Virus record (IMG/VR): IMGVR_UViG_3300042876_000208 | Coordinates: 1 to 64,000 of that record | Strand: one strand, 5' to 3' | Length of the DNA stretch: 64,000 nucleotides | Origin: a virus | Lineage: Duplodnaviria > Heunggongvirae > Uroviricota > Caudoviricetes | In this document: positions 57,409 through 64,000 of the stretch, piece after piece | Layout of the letters: each line of letters starts with the position of its first letter | How positions within the stretch are numbered: position 1 is the stretch's first letter | The notes under the pieces: generated by a model | The model's database searches: none | Told to the model about the DNA's origin: nothing | Seen by the model: only the letters and a program-made list of their open reading frames with translations | Translations under genes and position numbers: made by a program

Positions 57409-58962
57409 TTATCCTACCCATCTAGCTAGCATGAGTTTTTTCTTTTGTTGTCTATTTTGTGAGAATTCATACACAAGATAATAAGCACCCGTGGCACAGA
57501 GTAGAGCCGATGTAAAGTGGTCTTCACCTTTTTGACCGCCCTTTGGAGTTAAGGTTTTATACGAAATGTCCCCGGTTGTTGGATTCTTTGTATAAGTCAT
57601 TCTTTCCAACTCGGTAATCATATCCGGGTCTGTACTAGAATATACTAGTCTATGTGTATTTGAATAGTCTTGCAAAATAGAAACGGTTAATGGTTTAGTC
57701 TTTACCTTAATTTCCTCACCGTCAGAATTTGTTCCCATAACTGTCCAAGATGAAAAGTCAATAGGGATTAATCTTTCTGCAAAGTTTTTGTGGATAAAGT
57801 CTTTATGTTCCCAAAGATTCTGTACTACGGACATACCCGCATTTCCTTTATCAATGCCTAGTAGTCCTGGTTCAAACTTAGAGTCTATAAAGTCAATAAT
57901 CTTTTCCTGAATTGGATAAGATACTTTAGTTAATTTTATTCTAGCATGGAATTTAAGTCGCTCATGCTTATCGAAATACAAAATAACTATCGCGGTTGGC
58001 TCGGTATAACCTAAGTCAATACCCACTAGTACATTTGAATTCTTATCTGGAACTCCGGGAATCGCAGATACTTTTTGGAAATATTCACTTATGTTTTCAG
58101 TTCTAATACCATCAATTTCTAGATTGTATACGGGATAAGTTTCCACCAAGAACATTTCTCTATCAAATAATGAGAATACTGGCTTACCGTGTTGACCCAA
58201 GAAATAGTGAACAAAGTCATCACTATCTTCACCACCATATTGTTCTATGGCTCTTGTCTTGTCATCTTCCGTAATTCTAGGATTCATGTAAGCACTAATT
58301 CTATGCTTACTATAGTTAGAATTTTCCATGTCGGCGTTATAGAGAACATTCTTTTCTCTAAGTCCGGTAGGTACACCCGCGACTATTTCCCTAAATCCGG
58401 GTGTAAATGTATTCAAGGATGGCTGCATTTCATTGAAAGCATTATGTGGGTAATATCCACCTTCATCCACTGTAATATAGGGTGTATGCAAACCAATTAG
58501 GTTTGAACCATTTCCCGACTGGCCAGCAATACGGCAAAGTAAAACCGCTGAATTTAATAGTGAGATTGTGTATTCCGAACTATTAATTCCCCCGTTCTTT
58601 GATATGAATTGTTTTAGAAATGAATTTGTTCTAAAGTGCCTAATTAGATTTTTGAATACTGGTTCAAGGTGAACTTTATTAGGAACGGTGTATAAAACAT
58701 AGTCATCGGGATAAACTTTAAAGGTTAAAATCCATTCAAATAACGAGGTTAGTGTGACCGTTTTACCTGTGGCTCTAGCTTGGCATAAGGAAACAAATGA
58801 ATTGAAATCCCCTAATACTTCTCTTTGATACCATGAGAATTCAAACGGTTCATCATATTTTGGGTCTAAATCTATATTGTAGATAAATTCCATGCACAGA
58901 ACTGGGTTTCTAAGTATCTCATATAAAATTAAATCATCTCTTGAGACTTTTTCAACTATCAT
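57409..58962 (-). CDS. terL: terminase large subunit
   Basis: Walker A QARATGKT, Walker B YITVDEGG, nuclease-domain acidic motifs VGIDLGYTEP and GEDHFTSAL. Confidence 0.85.
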   Translation of the reverse strand: MIVEKVSRDDLILYEILRNPVLCMEFIYNIDLDPKYDEPFEFSWYQREVLGDFNSFVSLCQARATGKTVTLTSLFEWILTFKVYPDDYVLYTVPNKVHLEPVFKNLIRHFRTNSFLKQFISKNGGINSSEYTISLLNSAVLLCRIAGQSGNGSNLIGLHTPYITVDEGGYYPHNAFNEMQPSLNTFTPGFREIVAGVPTGLREKNVLYNADMENSNYSKHRISAYMNPRITEDDKTRAIEQYGGEDSDDFVHYFLGQHGKPVFSLFDREMFLVETYPVYNLEIDGIRTENISEYFQKVSAIPGVPDKNSNVLVGIDLGYTEPTAIVILYFDKHERLKFHARIKLTKVSYPIQEKIIDFIDSKFEPGLLGIDKGNAGMSVVQNLWEHKDFIHKNFAERLIPIDFSSWTVMGTNSDGEEIKVKTKPLTVSILQDYSNTHRLVYSSTDPDMITELERMTYTKNPTTGDISYKTLTPKGGQKGEDHFTSALLCATGAYYLVYEFSQNRQQKKKLMLARWVG

Positions 58963-59810
58963 CTATTTCTCCAATATTCAATAATGTTTCCCTCACTTTC
59001 TCTAGAACCTATATAAAGATTGGGTACTTTTGTTTCTCTACCCGGCTCACCGCCCCACTTAGAGATATAATATTCTCTATTGTTTTGGAAATAGTGGGAA
59101 TTACTTCCACCGCCTCCTTGATGGATGGTGCGTGACCAAAAATGAAAGAAACGGGCGTTTCCTAGAGAGCAGAATCTTAATCCAGTTCTAACCATTCTTT
59201 GAGCATAATCATTATCAATAAAATAAGCAGGGAAAAAAGCTACATCGGTATATCCAACGGCATTGAATACACTTTTCTTATATAGACATAGATTTTGAAT
59301 ATCATATAATTGCATATTCGCAATATCTAGCTTGGGTGAGTATCCAGTAAACTTATTCCAAAATTTAGATGAGAAATCATTTACTACAAAGTTATCACCG
59401 GAAAAGTATTGTCTTGTTTCGGGATGTTCTGCTACTAAGCTTCTAACATCATATTGTATAGCACTAATAGCATCATAATTGCTTAAGTTAGCAAGTGTGA
59501 TTAGTGAATCTACTGCATAAGGATAGGCAACTATATCATTCCCCGCTAGGATTAGATTATCATAGTCATTTTCCTTCCAAGCATAATCATAAATATCATT
59601 CACGCTTTTAGGAAATCCATAATTATTAATATGTCTAACAAATGGAATATTTGCTTCTTTTAGATAATTAGCGGTAACCTCATCATCTGGTTTCCCTATA
59701 ACACAAAAGAAATCCACGGGAATTTTAGTGGTTTCCATGATAGACTCTATGGCTAATCTAGTAAACTGAAAGTTACCAAAGGTTACAATTCCTATTAAGT
59801 TTTTGCTCAT
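58959..59810 (-). CDS. GT-A fold glycosyltransferase (GT2-like)
   Basis: N-terminal IGIVTFGNF...RLAIESI like GT2 Rossmann start; acidic DxD-like LILAGNDIV. Confidence 0.45.
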   Translation of the reverse strand: MSKNLIGIVTFGNFQFTRLAIESIMETTKIPVDFFCVIGKPDDEVTANYLKEANIPFVRHINNYGFPKSVNDIYDYAWKENDYDNLILAGNDIVAYPYAVDSLITLANLSNYDAISAIQYDVRSLVAEHPETRQYFSGDNFVVNDFSSKFWNKFTGYSPKLDIANMQLYDIQNLCLYKKSVFNAVGYTDVAFFPAYFIDNDYAQRMVRTGLRFCSLGNARFFHFWSRTIHQGGGGSNSHYFQNNREYYISKWGGEPGRETKVPNLYIGSRESEGNIIEYWRNR

Positions 59811-60526
59811 CCGGTTATACTCCTTATAAACTCTACAACCTGCGGTGTTACTAGTTGTTCAATTGGTGGCTTAGAAAATCCACCACCAGCAATATGTAGA
59901 AGTTTAATCCGTTTATTATTTAATTCTAGATGGTCATTTACAACTACAATGTTTTTCCACACATCCCAATAAGTTACAGTTCCTTCAATAAAGGATGTAC
60001 CATAATATATGTTTGACTCTACCGGGTCTAATAGTTTGCAGTTATATTTACCTGAATAAAATACTATATTATAAGTATCATTCTCACCATAGGGATATTC
60101 ACCACCATGCTCTGCTGTTAACTTATTCCATTCATCACAAAATTGTTCCGATGAGATTGAGTGTACGCCTACATTAATAAATTTATCCCAGGCTATTCCA
60201 GGTATAGGAGTTAATCCTGGGCCAGTTGCACTTCGGTTGTTATCACTATTATTTCTACATCCACGGGCATCTGTAGTATCATCGAATAGTTCATCTAGTC
60301 TATCTACAATGATTACATCAGAGTCTATATGTGTTACTGTGGAATATTTTTTAAATAGTGGTAATTCTAGTTTTGGATATATGTAGTATCCAGTTACTAA
60401 TTTGATAACATCCTCTCTATTTGGAACTTCGAGATTTACTTCTGGATGAAAATGAAGAAGACTTTTAACCATTCTATCGTGTTCAAATTTAAAATCTATA
60501 AAGAAACTAGATACACACTTGCTCAT
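59807..60526 (-). CDS. putative nucleotide-sugar glycosyltransferase (DxD)
   Basis: THIDSDVIIV DxD-type motif. Confidence 0.35.
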   Translation of the reverse strand: MSKCVSSFFIDFKFEHDRMVKSLLHFHPEVNLEVPNREDVIKLVTGYYIYPKLELPLFKKYSTVTHIDSDVIIVDRLDELFDDTTDARGCRNNSDNNRSATGPGLTPIPGIAWDKFINVGVHSISSEQFCDEWNKLTAEHGGEYPYGENDTYNIVFYSGKYNCKLLDPVESNIYYGTSFIEGTVTYWDVWKNIVVVNDHLELNNKRIKLLHIAGGGFSKPPIEQLVTPQVVEFIRSITG

Positions 60527-61377
60527 AATTCCCCCGCTATAATGCTTTCAATCTCGCTTAGGTTAGTAGAAGGCGACCAAACTTTTTTAGCTTTAGTAAC
60601 TTGATTTGAAACAAAAGACGAAGCTTCTTTTCCATACGTGAAAGATATAAAGGTTTTATTTGGGTTTTCCCAGTTATCCTTAGTACCACAAAAACAAAAT
60701 GGGCCTGATTTTCTACCTACAATTACATCACAATACGAGCTAAGTAAAGCAACCTCATTCAAATCAAATCCGTTTTTCTTTATTAAATCACCTGTGAAAA
60801 CAACATTGTTATATTTAATTTCCATATTGCTGGTTATGTAGAACGTTACGTTTTGAAAATTATGTGCTAAGAAATTAATCACTGGTGTAAAATCAAAATT
60901 CTCTGCTTGACAGGATTGAACTGGGCCATTACAAATCAATACTTTTTTACCACTTGCTACGTTGGTTATCCAATCAGTTTTATAGAACGAATAGTCTATA
61001 TTTGGAACATAGTCATAAGGAACTCCGGGTAATTGCTTATCGCTAAATATTCTTAGAATATCATTAAACATTCTAAAGCTTTGTTCTACAACACAACCTA
61101 CATTTGGTAGTACGTATTGACTATCTCTACCAATCCAAGTATTAATAAATCTAGTTTCTACATGCACATAGCTTCCGGTACGTTCTAAGAACAAGTGACT
61201 ATTCTCGCTAGTGATAGGTACATAAATAATTGGTAAATCTTTTAGAACTTCTTCACCCTTAGCGTGGGCGAACATATAGCTTAAGCCGGGAAATAAATTT
61301 ATAATCTCTTGTACGAAACGTCTTGTCTCAAACAAATCCCCCGCGCCATACTGATTGTAAAACATTATACTATTCAT
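60523..61377 (-). CDS. hypothetical protein in glycosylation operon (possible transferase)
   Basis: 284 aa, translationally coupled to neighbours. Confidence 0.35.
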   Translation of the reverse strand: MNSIMFYNQYGAGDLFETRRFVQEIINLFPGLSYMFAHAKGEEVLKDLPIIYVPITSENSHLFLERTGSYVHVETRFINTWIGRDSQYVLPNVGCVVEQSFRMFNDILRIFSDKQLPGVPYDYVPNIDYSFYKTDWITNVASGKKVLICNGPVQSCQAENFDFTPVINFLAHNFQNVTFYITSNMEIKYNNVVFTGDLIKKNGFDLNEVALLSSYCDVIVGRKSGPFCFCGTKDNWENPNKTFISFTYGKEASSFVSNQVTKAKKVWSPSTNLSEIESIIAGEL

Positions 61378-61378
61378 T

Positions 61379-61603
61379 TTAGTATGTCTTATCTGTTACA
61401 GTAATATCCGAGTCGCCAAGACGTTTATCAATCTCTATCATAAGTTCATTGCGTCTTTTATTTAAGGTTTGAATATCTTTAGCAACTTGTACAACTTTAT
61501 CCTCTGGTGAGGACATTAGAATATCTTGCTTTAAGAAACACTTGATACTAGTGGTGATAAGACTATCTATTAACTCTGCGGTTGATTTCATTCCTACGTT
61601 CAT
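61379..61603 (-). CDS. hypothetical protein
   Basis: 74-aa ORF. Confidence 0.3.
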   Translation of the reverse strand: MNVGMKSTAELIDSLITTSIKCFLKQDILMSSPEDKVVQVAKDIQTLNKRRNELMIEIDKRLGDSDITVTDKTY

Positions 61604-61607
61604 GTTT

Positions 61608-62186
61608 TTACTCCTTTATTTCCGCAACAAGAATATCATTATTTCCATTTGCGGAGTCCATATAAGAAATTTTGTATTTTGGATTTATATCCAAAATATA
61701 ATGTATTACCAAATCCTCTGAAAACTTTCCCCAATCCTTTACAATTTCACCGGGTATATTCGTTTGACCAAATACACGCCTATCATCAATTAAAATAGTA
61801 TGTGTTTTAATCGGATGCTCTTTTATTATTTCTAGTTCCTGTAGTAGGGGAACTTCAATCGCGGCTAATTGATGATTATCCACAATAGCGGGACTTTGAG
61901 AAAAGAAATGTCCATCCAAAAAGAATGTGATTGGTTCATTTATTGGTTCTATAATCCAAGGTAGAACTTTTAGAGAGTCTCCTAAAAATAAGGAGACTCT
62001 GTTATTATCTGCAAATCTATTAAAAGAATAGTTGAAATATTTTTCAGATATTTCAATGCTAATAACCTTTTTAAAACCTGCTTCTAAGGCTCTTTGAACA
62101 CCACCACCCATAAAAGTTCCGGTTTCAACAAAGATATTATTATTTGTAAATCTTGTTAATGAATTTTCAAGTATGCTCAGGCTCAT
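61608..62186 (-). CDS. class-I SAM-dependent methyltransferase (TylF/CmcI-like sugar O-MTase)
   Basis: FVETGTFMGGG resembles the E-x-G-x-x-x-G-G-S motif of TylF/cephalosporin-hydroxylase family. Confidence 0.45.
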   Translation of the reverse strand: MSLSILENSLTRFTNNNIFVETGTFMGGGVQRALEAGFKKVISIEISEKYFNYSFNRFADNNRVSLFLGDSLKVLPWIIEPINEPITFFLDGHFFSQSPAIVDNHQLAAIEVPLLQELEIIKEHPIKTHTILIDDRRVFGQTNIPGEIVKDWGKFSEDLVIHYILDINPKYKISYMDSANGNNDILVAEIKE

Positions 62187-62409
62187 ATGCTCCCCAAAAA
62201 TAATCCTCTATTTCCTTGAAAGTATCCGCGATAGCTTGTCCATGAAAAATTCTTTCATGTGGAAAATCTAAGGGTGGATACCAAACTATAAACAAAAGGC
62301 TTTCGTCAGTATTTTTTAAGAAATATTCTAGAAAACCTTTATCCGCTGAGTATAACACTACAAACTTGTTATGCCCATACTTTTGTATAAACTCTTGGAA
62401 TTTTGTCAT
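62167..62409 (-). CDS. hypothetical protein
   Basis: 80-aa ORF. Confidence 0.3.
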   Translation of the reverse strand: MTKFQEFIQKYGHNKFVVLYSADKGFLEYFLKNTDESLLFIVWYPPLDFPHERIFHGQAIADTFKEIEDYFWGAYEPEHT

Positions 62410-63077
62410 TGTAAACTCTCCGGCATAATCTCTGGTTTGTTAGAACTCTTAGTCTCTAACATTTGTTTTGTAGTTACCTTGACTACGGTATTACAAACCC
62501 CACCGTCTACCTCACGTTTACAAATTAATTCAATTTTATTTTGTTGTTCTGGATACTGTGTCCAGATAGTTCCAAGTAACATCTTGCATTTTGGGCAAAA
62601 AATATATTGTTCTTTTAGCTCATGAAACTTTTTAGCTTTCTCTTTTAGAGAGTCGATATAGTTAATAAGCGAAGTCTCTTGGTCTGACTTTCTAATCTTA
62701 CGTGTGATTTTCAAGTCATTTTGTAGAGATGAAATATCACGTCTTAAGTCTGACATAACCTTATTAACTTTGTCTAGCTTTACGATAGTATCGTCTGTGA
62801 TACCTTCCTTTCTAAACTTATAAACTATTTGTTCATAATCCTCAAGAGAAATCAATGCTTGAATTAAGGCTCTTAGAGTTTCATGGTCATTCATTTTCAT
62901 ATCGGAAATGTCATAATCCTCAGTGAATTTCTTTAGCTTAAGTTCAATTCTTTTTTCAAACTCTTGTGAAGGTTTTACATCATCCTCTTTCTTTAACATT
63001 AGTTCTTCAAAATCATCCTCACTCATATTCTTATATTGAGGAAGATTTCTCTGACGTTTCCATTTACCGTTATTCAT
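62406..63077 (-). CDS. coiled-coil protein with C-terminal zinc ribbon
   Basis: 223 aa; CPKCKML...C..C. Confidence 0.4.
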   Translation of the reverse strand: MNNGKWKRQRNLPQYKNMSEDDFEELMLKKEDDVKPSQEFEKRIELKLKKFTEDYDISDMKMNDHETLRALIQALISLEDYEQIVYKFRKEGITDDTIVKLDKVNKVMSDLRRDISSLQNDLKITRKIRKSDQETSLINYIDSLKEKAKKFHELKEQYIFCPKCKMLLGTIWTQYPEQQNKIELICKREVDGGVCNTVVKVTTKQMLETKSSNKPEIMPESLQ

Positions 63078-63139
63078 AATTCTCCTTTAGTTTCATACAA
63101 TAATTTTACCATATTGTACTAATTGTTGCCAATTATTGA

Positions 63140-63337
63140 CTATTTTCCACCATCCTTCCATAACTTATAACACCTATCTAAATTTGTAGAAAGATAGCCT
63201 ATTAAATCCTCTGTGACTATCTTTTTACATTCCTCATGTAAAATCAGGTTCATATAGGGTCTTTCGATGGGTACAAAAATCCTACGCTCACCTTCCTCAA
63301 AAGGTTTTTCGCAGTGATGACAAACTTTCTTTATCAT
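63140..63337 (-). CDS. small zinc-ribbon protein
   Basis: CHHCEKP ... HEECKK. Confidence 0.4.
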   Translation of the reverse strand: MIKKVCHHCEKPFEEGERRIFVPIERPYMNLILHEECKKIVTEDLIGYLSTNLDRCYKLWKDGGK

Positions 63338-63852
63338 AGTTCCTTCAAGTAATATTTTATTCTATTTGGATATAATTTAGATTTATTTTCCACTAGAGAG
63401 TTTACATGACTTTCACCTGCGGCATAGATATATCTAACTTTAGTTCCACTAAAATATTCTATGTTTTTGTAAAAAGCCACATCGCCAACAAACTTTCTAA
63501 GTGTATATTTTGTTTCGTCTAGTTGAGTAAACTTTTCTATATCAATCTTTGCAATACTATTTTGAACTGCAGCATATAAACTAGTTCCATCAAATTGCTC
63601 ATAGTAAATATTATAGGAAATCAAAACACCGTTAAAGTATAAACAAGTTCCTATAATACCTTTAGTATTAAGTTGTTTAATTAAAGACGGCGCAAATTTT
63701 GGATAGGATAGGTCTTGCTTGTTAGCTTTCCACAATTCAAATAGGGCTAGCATATTTTCTTTATCTGAGTCATCGGCTACTTTGAAAGTTAATTCACCTA
63801 GTTTATTCACCTTATTAATGTCATGCGCTGAACGCCAAACGCTTCTATTCAT
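63334..63852 (-). CDS. hypothetical protein
   Basis: 172-aa ORF. Confidence 0.4.
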   Translation of the reverse strand: MNRSVWRSAHDINKVNKLGELTFKVADDSDKENMLALFELWKANKQDLSYPKFAPSLIKQLNTKGIIGTCLYFNGVLISYNIYYEQFDGTSLYAAVQNSIAKIDIEKFTQLDETKYTLRKFVGDVAFYKNIEYFSGTKVRYIYAAGESHVNSLVENKSKLYPNRIKYYLKEL

Positions 63853-64000
63853 GTGTTTCCAAGACTCATTAATATCACAAAAGAAATCAGAATCGGAGTA
63901 TTCAGTTTCCTCTCCAAATATTGAAATTATTTGCTTTACTATATTATTTCTTTGTAGAATATCTAGAACGGTGATAGCATTGTCATCGACATCATTTAAA

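Noticed and set aside
1-64000. Possibility that the window is a prophage or integrative element (searched for integrase, excisionase, CI-like repressor, att direct repeats)
   Set aside because: No tyrosine or serine recombinase motifs and no flanking cellular genes were seen. The tRNA half-fragment is the only hint, so lysogeny cannot be claimed from this window.

Overview
This window looks like part of a large tailed dsDNA bacteriophage genome. There are no rRNA, CRISPR, integrase or cellular housekeeping genes, and about 98% of the coding sequence is on the minus strand in tightly overlapping, translationally coupled operons. Functions below are inferred from motifs I can recognise by eye in the supplied translations, so most are provisional.

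**Left ~27 kb (early/accessory region).** Dozens of small ORFs and several zinc-ribbon proteins. A ~9.7 kb operon (5480-15245) is packed with amide-bond enzymes: two class-I glutamine amidotransferase/C26 hydrolases, two GCS2/COG2170-like carboxylate-amine ligases, two ATP-grasp ligases, an N-terminal-Cys (Ntn) class-II amidotransferase and a short RuvB-like AAA+ ATPase. This is the most system-like and least explained part of the window. The region also holds a GNAT acetyltransferase, a canonical tRNA-Arg(UCU), two aberrant tRNA-like elements, and GC-rich islands encoding lipoproteins and an SPFH/band-7 protein.

**Control region (27180-27900).** A ~700 bp AT-rich divergent region with two extended -10 promoters that share the box GTGCTATACTA, and a palindromic operator. 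It drives the only plus-strand cassette in the window: two small genes plus a terminator.

**Right ~35 kb (lysis and morphogenesis).** Gene order is siphovirus-like:
- GH25 endolysin with a holin and a spanin-like protein.
- Tail fibers, including one with a LamG-like lectin domain, a glycine-rich fiber and a 1185-aa J-like tip protein.
- Minor tail proteins and a 1771-aa tape measure protein.
- A G/GT tail-chaperone pair with an A_AAA_AAA -1 frameshift site.
- Major tail protein, followed by a free-standing GIY-YIG homing endonuclease.
- A GT4 glycosyltransferase and an SGNH hydrolase.
- Major capsid protein followed by a strong terminator, a protease/scaffold protein, portal and large terminase.

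Immediately upstream of terminase is an operon of glycosyltransferases and a sugar-type methyltransferase, which suggests virion or host-glycan modification.

Base composition is mosaic. The structural module is AT-rich (about 38% GC by eye), while the ligase operon, the lipoprotein/SPFH genes and the SGNH gene are visibly GC-richer.
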